Positions 26,583-36,004 of a DNA stretch of 64,000 nt are shown in pieces; position 1 is the first letter of the stretch, and the number at the start of each line of letters is the position of its first letter. Made by a program: the position numbers and the translations under genes. The notes under the pieces are model-generated. The model was not told the DNA's origin, did no database searches, and was given only the letters and a program-made list of their open reading frames with translations. The stretch lies in assembly GCA_012510495.1 (NCBI GenBank), contig JAAZHX010000075.1, positions 1,064 to 65,063 of the forward strand, given 5' to 3'. The DNA is from Smithella sp. Lineage in GTDB: Bacteria > Desulfobacterota > Syntrophia > Syntrophales > Smithellaceae.

Positions 26583-29534
26583 TTATTTTATTTTAAAGTC
26601 CACACGGCTGTCTTTGACCTTGTCTTTCTTCGCGGGCGCCCTGGTTTTGGGCTGGACGATGAAAACGCGCCCCGCTTCCACCTTGCCGTCTTTCAGCAGT
26701 TGTTCGCGAACGGTCTGGGTTCGACTGGAGGCGAGCTGCTCCAGATTGCCTTCCGTTACGGTTGTGTTGTCGTAGAGCAGCTTTTCCATTTCCGGGGGCG
26801 GCAGACTTTTGGCGAAGCCCAGCACCGTGCGCGGTTTGGAAAATTTTGCCGCCTTGTAGGCCAGCGTCAGATATTTTTCGTATTCGGCCTGTCCGATTGC
26901 CATTTCCTCCAGCGGCGCGGGGGTTTCACCTTTGTCGATCATTTCCTTGCGCTTCTGCGTTTTGAGCAGACGGTTGAATTTCGCTTTTTTCAGAGCCTCC
27001 GAATCCTGCGTTGCGTCAACGTAGCCTTCAATCTCCAGCTTCAGTTGCGGGCGGTCGTACAGCGCTTTGGAAAGCGCGCCGATTTTTTTCAGGCCCGCCT
27101 CCGGAAGATCCGCGCTGCCGTAGTTGAATTCGACGTAGCTCATTTCCTCTCCCCCTCCGGTCAGCGAGGACAAAAGGGAAAAGGGGGCGGTGACGGCTTT
27201 GGTAATGATGTTGACGAGAACCTGCCAGACAATCGGCCAGATTCTGAACTTCGGATCGTCGAGGCTTCCGGACAGGGGAATGTCGAGGTTGATCTGACCG
27301 TTACGGTCGGTCAGCAGCGAAACGGCCAGCGGCACCGGTGCTTTGATCGCCTCGGGGCTTTCCACCTTTTCACCGAACGTCAGTTGGTCGAAAAAGATTT
27401 TGTTTTCGGCGGTCAGTTTTCGCTGATCGACGAGATAGACCACGTTGAAATTGAGTTTGCCTTTGGTGATGGGATAACCCAGATACTTGCTGGTGTATGG
27501 CGTGACCGGGCTCATTTCAATATCCTTGAAGATGAGTTTAATATCGGCAAAGAAATCTTTGGCCAGCGGGTTGATCATGCCCGCGATTTCCAGCGGTGAT
27601 CCGTAGCCCAGATTTCCCTTCAAGTCCACTTTCGCGCGCGAGATCTGCTGCGAGGAAAGCCCCGTGACGCTTCCTCGGAGATTGAGCATGGTCGCCGCGT
27701 AATTCGGCCGGATGTTGCGATCGGTGAAATCCACCGTGCCTCCGTTAAAGCTGACCTTGCCGATTTTTATATCCGGCGGTGGTGCGGCCTGCGGGGTTTT
27801 GGCGGCTACGGCCTTTTCGTCCGCTGTTTTTCCGGCGGCATCGGATGGCGGTGTTTCCTTTTTGGCCACGCCGAAGATGTGCTGGACATTGGTGACGCCG
27901 CCCGGGTGGATGATGATCCTGGCGAAGAAGTCCTCAAGAGATATTCCCTTGATGTTCACAAAGAGAGGATTGGCGCCGGCGGCGAGCGACTGAAAACGGA
28001 GTTGCTTCCATTTCAGAAAATCGTTGGCGCGCGCCCGGTCGATCGTCGCGAGACGATCCACGGAAAGATTCCCCGAATATTTCACGGTAGGTTTGTCCTG
28101 CGCATCCGTCGCCAAGATGAATTTCCCGGATGTGGAAAGGGCACCGTCGGTGATGTCCATCCGGACGGTGCCCGGGATATAGGACTGGAAGGGACGGAGC
28201 GCCAGGTTTTTCACGCCCAGCGCCAGATCGGCGCCGAGCGGCGAGAGGCAAACCGGCCCTTTCGCGGTGATCGTGCTTTTCTGGTCCATGACCAGCGCCA
28301 GATCGATGTCGGCCTTGTTATCCTTTTTCAGGGAAAAATTCGAGACGGTTAGGCGCAACGGGTGAATCCGCGTGCGAAACGGCCGGGGCGGCGCCTCGTC
28401 CATAAACGCAATATCGGCCTCATCGACCAGAATATTGTCCACCTGCAGATCCAGCTCTTTTTTTCCGGCGTCGGCTTGAACGGTTTTTTTCTTTGTCGCC
28501 GCCGCTTTTTCCGGTTTCGCTTTGGCCTGCGTCCCGATCAGTTTGAGCAGGTTGATCTCCCCTTTCGGGCTGCGCCGGACGGCCAGTTGGAGTCCGTTGA
28601 GCGAAATTTCGGAAAGATGAACTTTGGGAACCAGCGGCTGGACGGAAGCCAGGTTGACCGACAGGGCGGGAAGCCGCAGAATTTTGCTGCCGCGCAGGTC
28701 ATCCAGGGCCACTTTCTTCAGATCTGCCCGGCCGGTCAGCTTCAATTCGGGTGCTTGTTTTTCAGGCATGATGAAATACATCTGCAGGCGGATGTCCAGC
28801 AGCGCCTGGGTCAGCTTGAAATTCATCTTCACCGGCACATATTGCAGATAAAAAGGAACATCGATATCCCGGATGTCGATATCCAAAAGGACTTCCCGCG
28901 AGGGGTGTAACGGCTGGGTCTTCCCGGTGACCGAAACGACGTGGTCGTTGACGACGGCGGAAAATTTAGGCTGGACGTAATCCTTCATATAATAATCGAT
29001 ATTGGATACAAACGGAACGTCGAGATTCAGGTTCCGGATCGAATGATTGGCTTTGTTGGGGGTGTCATGAAAATCCGCCGCGCCGTTGGAAATTTGAATG
29101 TTGTTGAGTGAGAAGAGGAACGGTTGGGACGGCTCTTTCTTTTGTTTTTCTTCTTTGGGAATCAGATCGGAAAAATTATAGGTTCCGTCGATTTTGCGCG
29201 TGATGCCGACGTAGGGTTGATTCAGCCGGATTTCCTCCAGAATGAGCGCGCGCCGGAAGACGGACATCAGAACATCCACGTTGACGTGCAGCTCCTGAAA
29301 GGCCACAAACGATTCATGGCTCCCGGGATCTGCCAGTTTGAATTCCCGGATCGTCGCGGAAAGATCAAAAGGATTGATTTTGATTTCGCCTATAGCTGCT
29401 TCCCGGTGCAGGGCCTCGGAAATCTTCTTAGTCAGAACCGGCTTGAGAACGGCGGGAAGAATCAGGAAGCCGGTAAGGCCGATTAACAAAACGATAACGA
29501 GGACGGTGATCAGAACTTTTTTCAAAAGACGCAT
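26583..29534 (-). CDS. DUF748 repeat protein (AsmA-like) with C-terminal OmpA-like region
   Basis: N-terminal TM, INPF, YNFSDL, SLLTDRNGQINLDIPLSGSLDDPKF, KAVTAPF. Confidence 0.88.
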   Translation of the reverse strand: MRLLKKVLITVLVIVLLIGLTGFLILPAVLKPVLTKKISEALHREAAIGEIKINPFDLSATIREFKLADPGSHESFVAFQELHVNVDVLMSVFRRALILEEIRLNQPYVGITRKIDGTYNFSDLIPKEEKQKKEPSQPFLFSLNNIQISNGAADFHDTPNKANHSIRNLNLDVPFVSNIDYYMKDYVQPKFSAVVNDHVVSVTGKTQPLHPSREVLLDIDIRDIDVPFYLQYVPVKMNFKLTQALLDIRLQMYFIMPEKQAPELKLTGRADLKKVALDDLRGSKILRLPALSVNLASVQPLVPKVHLSEISLNGLQLAVRRSPKGEINLLKLIGTQAKAKPEKAAATKKKTVQADAGKKELDLQVDNILVDEADIAFMDEAPPRPFRTRIHPLRLTVSNFSLKKDNKADIDLALVMDQKSTITAKGPVCLSPLGADLALGVKNLALRPFQSYIPGTVRMDITDGALSTSGKFILATDAQDKPTVKYSGNLSVDRLATIDRARANDFLKWKQLRFQSLAAGANPLFVNIKGISLEDFFARIIIHPGGVTNVQHIFGVAKKETPPSDAAGKTADEKAVAAKTPQAAPPPDIKIGKVSFNGGTVDFTDRNIRPNYAATMLNLRGSVTGLSSQQISRAKVDLKGNLGYGSPLEIAGMINPLAKDFFADIKLIFKDIEMSPVTPYTSKYLGYPITKGKLNFNVVYLVDQRKLTAENKIFFDQLTFGEKVESPEAIKAPVPLAVSLLTDRNGQINLDIPLSGSLDDPKFRIWPIVWQVLVNIITKAVTAPFSLLSSLTGGGEEMSYVEFNYGSADLPEAGLKKIGALSKALYDRPQLKLEIEGYVDATQDSEALKKAKFNRLLKTQKRKEMIDKGETPAPLEEMAIGQAEYEKYLTLAYKAAKFSKPRTVLGFAKSLPPPEMEKLLYDNTTVTEGNLEQLASSRTQTVREQLLKDGKVEAGRVFIVQPKTRAPAKKDKVKDSRVDFKIK

Positions 29535-29857
29535 GAGTGGCTCCTTCTGAAAGATTTTGGCGGCGAACCTGCCGTCTTTGCTGAATCCCGTGGGTTCAGG
29601 GTTCAAATTGTGGTTCAAATATCTCTTTGAGCGGTCATCGCTTGTGACATTCAGGTTAAGAGCGTTTTGTTTAATAAATCTTGGCGAAGCGAAATATCAG
29701 CAATGACAACTTTTTGAGCCGAAGGTAAGTTTTGTCAAAGCCTTTCGCGAGCTTTAGATTTATACAAAACGCTCACAGGCAAAGCGAAGAGGATATTTGG
29801 GACACACCCCTTCTGCCCCTCGCCTGGTCCGGCCCGTGGAAAAGGGCGGCGCCCCGG

Positions 29858-31948
29858 CTATTTCTGAAAAAAGACGCGGGCGTCCACCAGGCTCACGCCC
29901 TGGCCTTCCGGATGAACGATGACCGGATTCAGGTCGATTTCCGAAATTTCCGGGCACGCGGCAAGCAGAGCGGAGATTCTGCATACCACATTCTGCAGCG
30001 CCTGACAATCCGCTAGGTCTCTGCCTCTTGCGCCGGCCAGCAGCGGATACGCTTTCAGCTCCCGGATCATGGCTTCGGCTTCCGAGTGCGTCACCGGCGC
30101 CAGCCGGATGGAGGTGTCTTTGAAGATTTCAATGAAAATGCCGCCCAGACCGACGACAATCACCGGGCCAAAGGCGGGATCGCGCCTGCCTCCGACAAAA
30201 CATTCGACGCCGGCGGGCGCCATTTCCTGAATCAGATACCCGTCGATGGCGGGCGATGGCTTCAGGTTTCTGATTTTGCTTTTCATACCGGCCAGAGCTT
30301 CGGAAAGATGTTTTTTGCTCCGGATGTTCACGACGACGCCGCCCACGTCGGACTTGTGCGAGGCGTTTCGGGAGATCAGCTTGGCGGCCAGCGGGTAGCG
30401 CAGCGCGATTCTTGACGGCACGTTTTCGTTCTTGAGCGGCAGGCTTTTCACGGGCTGCAACCCGGCGGCCGCGCAGATCGCAAGCGCTTCGTCCGTAAGC
30501 GGAATTCGCTTTTCCTTTTTGCAGCGGGCGCGGATGCAAAGAACCGTTTCAAGATCCAGATCATACTCTTCCAGGCGGCCCCGCTTTTGGCATGCGGTTT
30601 TCTTTTCGTAATAGGATCGCGAGACGTACAGGGCCTCCACCGCTTCCAGCGGAGACACGAAAACGGGAAACGGCTGCTTTTTCTGCAGGTCAAGAATTTC
30701 TTCGCGCTCGGAAATCATCGCCAGACTGACGGGCTTTTCATACCGGGCGACGAGCTCCTTCACACCCGTCAGAAAGGCGCGGGACATTTCGCCTTCAAAA
30801 TCCGCGGAATACAAATGATTGAAAAGGACGCCGTCAAATTCGTCGAGCTTGAGGGCTTCCTCCAGAATATCCGTAAAGATCGTGTAGTCGAAGATTTCAC
30901 CGAGATCCAGGGGGTTCTGGTGGGCGATCACGCGGGTGTTGTAAATGGTTTTGAGTTTTTCGATGAACGACGGCGGAAAGGGCGTCATTTCAAATCCGTA
31001 TTTCGCGCAGGCGTCGGCCGTCAGAACGGCATGGCCGCCGGAGCGCGACAGCACGGCCACGCGTTTGCCTTTCATGAGCGGCATTCCTACCACCTGAACC
31101 GCGCTGACCAGATCCATTTCGTCGTCCACGCGGATGACCCCGGCCTGCCGCATGGCACCGTCCACCACTGCGTCGTCGCCGGAAAGCGCCGTTGTGTGCG
31201 ACTGGGCGATCTTAGCGCTCGCCTTCGACCGGTTGGATTTCTGAAGGATGATGGGTTTGTCGCAGCTTCGTGCCAGATCAAAAAATCTCCGTCCGCGCTT
31301 GAAGCCTTCCAGATAGAGCGCAATGCATCGGGTCTCGGGATCCTGAATCAGGTATTCAAGAAAATCCGCCTCGTCGAGCAGCAGCTTGTTGCCAATCGAC
31401 ACAAACTTACCGGCGGTAATTCCGAATCCCGCGAACGTTTGCAGATAGGAGCTTCCGACACCGCCGCTCTGGGTGATGAGTCCCAGGACGCCGCCGGAGG
31501 GGACTTCCTTGGCGAAGGCGAAGGGCATCATCATTTTATAATCAAAATTGATCACGCCCACGCAGTTGGGACCGATGACTTTCATGTCGTATTTACGCGC
31601 GATGGCCAGCACGTCTTCTTCCAGGGAATGATGGCCGTGCGAGTATTCGCTGAATCCCCCCGATTCGATGACCACGTGCGTAATGCCTTTCTGGCCGCAT
31701 TCTTCCATGAGGGCAGGGACGGTCCGGGCGGGCGTCAGGAAAATCGCCACGTCCGGAACGCACGGCAGATCGGCGACTTTGGTATATACAGGAACGCCGC
31801 TCACGTTGCCTTCCTGAGAACCGACGCCGTAAAGCTCTCCCGGATAGCCGATGTGTTTGTTGTTGATGAGAACGATTTGTCCCAGATTCATCTTGGTGAC
31901 GGACGCGCCGAAAACTACCATGCTGCGGGGGGTGAAGAATTTTTCCAT
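29858..31948 (-). CDS. ADP-forming acyl-CoA synthetase (fused alpha and ATP-grasp)
   Basis: GPNCVG, AQSHTTAL, HKSDVGGV, DPAFGP, EIDLNP. Confidence 0.93.
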   Translation of the reverse strand: MEKFFTPRSMVVFGASVTKMNLGQIVLINNKHIGYPGELYGVGSQEGNVSGVPVYTKVADLPCVPDVAIFLTPARTVPALMEECGQKGITHVVIESGGFSEYSHGHHSLEEDVLAIARKYDMKVIGPNCVGVINFDYKMMMPFAFAKEVPSGGVLGLITQSGGVGSSYLQTFAGFGITAGKFVSIGNKLLLDEADFLEYLIQDPETRCIALYLEGFKRGRRFFDLARSCDKPIILQKSNRSKASAKIAQSHTTALSGDDAVVDGAMRQAGVIRVDDEMDLVSAVQVVGMPLMKGKRVAVLSRSGGHAVLTADACAKYGFEMTPFPPSFIEKLKTIYNTRVIAHQNPLDLGEIFDYTIFTDILEEALKLDEFDGVLFNHLYSADFEGEMSRAFLTGVKELVARYEKPVSLAMISEREEILDLQKKQPFPVFVSPLEAVEALYVSRSYYEKKTACQKRGRLEEYDLDLETVLCIRARCKKEKRIPLTDEALAICAAAGLQPVKSLPLKNENVPSRIALRYPLAAKLISRNASHKSDVGGVVVNIRSKKHLSEALAGMKSKIRNLKPSPAIDGYLIQEMAPAGVECFVGGRRDPAFGPVIVVGLGGIFIEIFKDTSIRLAPVTHSEAEAMIRELKAYPLLAGARGRDLADCQALQNVVCRISALLAACPEISEIDLNPVIVHPEGQGVSLVDARVFFQK

Positions 31949-32373
31949 GATCGAATTGCTCCTTCCGCCCGGCAACGATGATTCTCGACCACGTTTTTGA
32001 GCTTGTCTGAGCAAACGACGCCTTCACCTTGCTGCCCGCCATCAGCCTGAATGCGAAATGTCAGAAAAAACATCAGGAAAACGAAATTGAATTCCTGTCA
32101 CCGAGCAGGGCCCTTATAAAGAACAGATGGGTCGGTGTCAAGCGCAAAGAGAGGGCCAAAACCTCGGGCGTAAAAATCAGTCAAGGGGCCGTCCCTTGCG
32201 GAACCCCCGAACCTTGCTCCGTTATTTTAAAGATTCGTTTGACTTCTTTGCCAAAGCCAATATAATCATTTCCAACGCAATTTTCTCAGATCCATCCTTC
32301 AGCGGCGGCGCAAGGGTTTGGCGGCCCCGGGGTGGGATCAGGCCGACCCTCAACTTTGAATAAGGGTGAAGTC

Positions 32374-34608
32374 ATGAAGAACAGACGGCAGACGGAAGAG
32401 ACTCCGGTGGATGACATTCGGCGACAAAGCGTCCGCCTCAAAAAACGCAGACCGTCGGATCATGAAGGGAGACCAGTGGAGAGCGAGCTTAGGGAGAGCG
32501 AGCTTAGGGAGAGCGAAGAGCGCCTCAAGAGCGTCGTCAGCCGATCCCCGATTCCCGCGTTTGTGATCAGCAAGGATCACCGCATCCTTTATTGGAACAA
32601 GGCGCTGGAGCAGCTTACCAAAATCAGGGCCGAAGACGTCATCGGCACTTCCCAGCAGTGGCGCGCGTTTTACGCGAGAAAGCGCCCCTGCATGGCGGAT
32701 CTACTGGTGAGCCGCGCCCAGGAAAAAATATCCAAGTGGTACACCGGCAAATATTCCAAATCCAAACTGCTGGACGAGGCCTACGAAGCGATTGATTTTT
32801 TCCCCGAGCTTGGCCATCACGGCAAATGGCTGCGCTTTACCGCGGCGATTATCCGCAACGAAGCCGGCGATCTGATCGGCGCCATCGAAACGCTGGAGGA
32901 CATCACCCGGCGCAAGAAGGCCAAGGAGGCGCTGCTCAAGGCGCACCGGGAGCTGGAAGAACGTGTGCAGACGAGAACGGCGGAGCTGGCCCAGGTCAAC
33001 GAGGCGCTGCTGAATGAATTGCTGGAGCGCCACCGGACGCAAAAAGCGCTCAAACAGACTACCGATCACCTTTCTCTGCTTTTGGAATCCCTGCCGATCG
33101 TTTCCTATACCCGGAAGACGGAAGAACCATTCAGCATCACGTTCGTAAGCAGCACCATCGAGGAAATTACCGGTTATCCGCCGCAATGCTTCATGGACGA
33201 TGAAAATTTCTGGGCCGACCATATTCACCCGGACGACCGGTCCCGGATTCTGGGCGAACTCAAATCCGGTCAGGCTACGGGGACGCATCGCTACAGTTAC
33301 CGGTTTCGCGTCATGGACGATTCCTACCGCTGGTTTTCGGATTACTGGCGGGTGGTGCAGTTGCCCGCCGGTTCGACCAATTACATTGTCGGTGCGTGGC
33401 AGGACGTCACGGAAGACAAGAGAATCCGACAGGAGGGCGAGCTTCGCCTCCAGCAGATGATTCAGACGCACAAACTTACGGCGTTGGGCGAAGTCGTGGC
33501 CGGCGTTGCCCACGAGATCAACAATCCGGTCAGCTTCATTGCCTACAACGTTCCGATCCTCGAAGAAATCTGGAACACCGTGGAAACCATTCTTTCCCGT
33601 TCGGACACCCACCATCCCGAATGGGAAAAGAGGGGCCTGTCCTATGAAGACGTCTGCCGCAACATGCAGGAGATCGTTCAGGCGTTCAAAATCGGCGCCA
33701 ACCGGATCAGCCGGGTCGTAACCAGTCTGAAAGAATTTTCCCGTTCCGACGAAACCGCGCAGAAAAAACTGATGTCGGTGCCGGAAGTGATCGCGGGCGC
33801 GCTGGTTATCGTGGGCGCGCAGATACGCAGAACGGTCTCCACCATCGAACAGGACATCGCCCCCGATGTTCCGCCGGTTTGCGGCCACTTTCAGAAGATC
33901 GAACAAGTGGTGGCCAATCTGCTGATCAACGCCCATCAGGCGATTCCGCCGGGGCAGAAAGGCCTCATCACCATCCGCTGCCGTTATATCGACAGCCTCA
34001 AAGCGGCGGTGGTCGATATTGAAGACAACGGCAGAGGGATCGAGAAAAAAGTCATGGACCAGATTTTCGATCCCTTTTTTACCACGCGCCGCGACCGGGA
34101 CGGCACGGGATTGGGCCTTTCCATTTCCTACGGGCTGATCCGGGAGCACCACGGACTGATCAGTGTCCTTTCGCGCCCGGGCCGCGGCAGCCGGTTTTCA
34201 CTCTTTCTTCCCGTGAATGGCGCCGCCGACATCAGCCTGTATCCGGCCATTCTCTGCATCGACCACAATGTCAAGTATCTGAAGGAGCTGAAAGCCAACT
34301 TTGTGGACGCGGTGATCTGGCGGTCGGAAGCTCAGGACCGGCTGGAAGACGTTCTCGATTTTCTGGATCAGCATCCGGAGGTGGATATCGTCATTTCGGA
34401 AGCCCGTCTCCGGGGATTCAACGGCTGGGCGCTTCTGGAAAAAATCCGCGCGAAGCATCCGCTGCTGCCGGTGATTCTCTATTCGACGGACCGCAAGGCC
34501 CTGTCCCCCCCGCCGCTCAAAACTCTGCCCGACTTTACGCTGCACAAACCGTTCAGCATCTATAAACTCCAGAAAATTATTCATGAAGTGGGGAGACAGC
34601 GTTTATGA
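32374..34608 (+). CDS. PAS sensor histidine kinase with atypical receiver domain
   Basis: PAS domains, GVAHEINNP, DNGRG, DPFFTT, GTGLGL; REC has Glu at the phosphoacceptor position. Confidence 0.92.
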   Translation: MKNRRQTEETPVDDIRRQSVRLKKRRPSDHEGRPVESELRESELRESEERLKSVVSRSPIPAFVISKDHRILYWNKALEQLTKIRAEDVIGTSQQWRAFYARKRPCMADLLVSRAQEKISKWYTGKYSKSKLLDEAYEAIDFFPELGHHGKWLRFTAAIIRNEAGDLIGAIETLEDITRRKKAKEALLKAHRELEERVQTRTAELAQVNEALLNELLERHRTQKALKQTTDHLSLLLESLPIVSYTRKTEEPFSITFVSSTIEEITGYPPQCFMDDENFWADHIHPDDRSRILGELKSGQATGTHRYSYRFRVMDDSYRWFSDYWRVVQLPAGSTNYIVGAWQDVTEDKRIRQEGELRLQQMIQTHKLTALGEVVAGVAHEINNPVSFIAYNVPILEEIWNTVETILSRSDTHHPEWEKRGLSYEDVCRNMQEIVQAFKIGANRISRVVTSLKEFSRSDETAQKKLMSVPEVIAGALVIVGAQIRRTVSTIEQDIAPDVPPVCGHFQKIEQVVANLLINAHQAIPPGQKGLITIRCRYIDSLKAAVVDIEDNGRGIEKKVMDQIFDPFFTTRRDRDGTGLGLSISYGLIREHHGLISVLSRPGRGSRFSLFLPVNGAADISLYPAILCIDHNVKYLKELKANFVDAVIWRSEAQDRLEDVLDFLDQHPEVDIVISEARLRGFNGWALLEKIRAKHPLLPVILYSTDRKALSPPPLKTLPDFTLHKPFSIYKLQKIIHEVGRQRL
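32478..32516 (+). repeat. 15-bp in-frame tandem duplication (ESELR)
   Basis: GGAGAGCGAGCTTAG x2 plus a partial third copy. Confidence 0.85.
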
Positions 34609-35957
34609 AGATATTGATTGTGGACGATGAGGACTTGTCTCTGTCCTCCGTGAAGCGGGTTCTCAAGTGGAAGGGCATCAAAAATGTCGAGGCGTGCGAC
34701 AACGGCCGGACGGCCATCGAGCGCATCCGCCGGGAAAATTTCGACATCGTCCTTTTGGATCTGCTGATGCCGGATGTGGACGGCATGCAGGTGCTGGAAT
34801 CCACAAAACCTTTTTGTCCGGGGACCGAATTCATCATCCTCACCGCCGTGGACGACATTCAAACCACCGTCCGGGCGATGCGGCAGGGGGCCTACGACTA
34901 TCTGGTCAAACCGGTGGACAATGAACTGCTGTTTTTGTCCATCGAACGGGCCTATGAGCGAAAAGGGCTGCTGGCCGGCCTTTCGATCAGCGCCAGCCGC
35001 GAGACGGCCGATATTCCGCCAGCATTTGCCGACACGATCACACAGGACAAGCAGATGAAGGCGCTGATTTCCTACGCGCAAGTCATGGCGCGCAGCGGCA
35101 ATCCGATTTTGATTACCGGTGAATCGGGGACCGGCAAGGAGCTGATGGCGCGCGGCATTCACCGGACCGGGCCCGCGCCCGCCGGGCCTTTCGTGCCGGT
35201 GAATGTGTCCGCCATTCCCGCCACGATGTTTGAAAGCCAGATTTTCGGACATGTCAAAGGCGCCTTTACCGGCGCGGAAAGCCCGCACAGCGGCTTTTTC
35301 GAACAGGCGGACGGCGGCACGCTGTTTCTGGATGAAATCGGCGAACTGCCGATCGGCCTGCAGGCCAAACTGCTGCGGGTGCTGGAGGACAAGACGTTTA
35401 CGCCGCTGGGGGCCAGCCGGCCGGTGTGCGTGGATGTGCGGCTGGTCTCGGCGACGAACACCAATCTGGAAGCCGCCTGCCAGGAGGGGAGGTTCCGGAT
35501 GGATCTGATGTACCGGCTCAAGTCCGCCCATGTCTGCCTGCCGCCGCTCCGGGAGCGAAGAGGGGACATTCCGCTCCTGGTTTCCCATTTTCTGAAAAAC
35601 GCCTGCGCGCGCCATCAGAAAAACATTTCCGGGTTCAGCCCGGAAGCCATGCGGTTGCTGACGCGAGGGGACTATCCCGGAAACATCCGCGAGCTTTCCC
35701 AGATGGTGGAAAACGCCGCGCTGCTGACGGCCGGTCCCGTGATCCTGCCTGCCGATCTGGGCGGAAACGGCGCCGCTTTGGATCTGCAGGGGGATATCGC
35801 CTCCCGCAGGTTATGCACGCTCAGGGAAAACGATTCGGCGCATGTGCGTTTTGTGATGGACGCCACCGGCGGCAACCGCCGTGAAGCCGCCGAGATTCTG
35901 GGAATCACGCTCCGGCAGCTTCAGCGAAAGCTGGCGGACATGAAAGGACCTTTTTAA
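34605..35957 (+). CDS. NtrC-family sigma54-dependent response regulator
   Basis: REC, GESGTGKE, GAFTGA, LFLDEIG, PGNIREL, C-terminal HTH. Confidence 0.96.
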   Translation: MKILIVDDEDLSLSSVKRVLKWKGIKNVEACDNGRTAIERIRRENFDIVLLDLLMPDVDGMQVLESTKPFCPGTEFIILTAVDDIQTTVRAMRQGAYDYLVKPVDNELLFLSIERAYERKGLLAGLSISASRETADIPPAFADTITQDKQMKALISYAQVMARSGNPILITGESGTGKELMARGIHRTGPAPAGPFVPVNVSAIPATMFESQIFGHVKGAFTGAESPHSGFFEQADGGTLFLDEIGELPIGLQAKLLRVLEDKTFTPLGASRPVCVDVRLVSATNTNLEAACQEGRFRMDLMYRLKSAHVCLPPLRERRGDIPLLVSHFLKNACARHQKNISGFSPEAMRLLTRGDYPGNIRELSQMVENAALLTAGPVILPADLGGNGAALDLQGDIASRRLCTLRENDSAHVRFVMDATGGNRREAAEILGITLRQLQRKLADMKGPF

Positions 35958-36004
35958 GAAAAACGGTTGACGGGCAGGCCCGGTTTTCCGCTCCCGAAAA
36001 GGCA

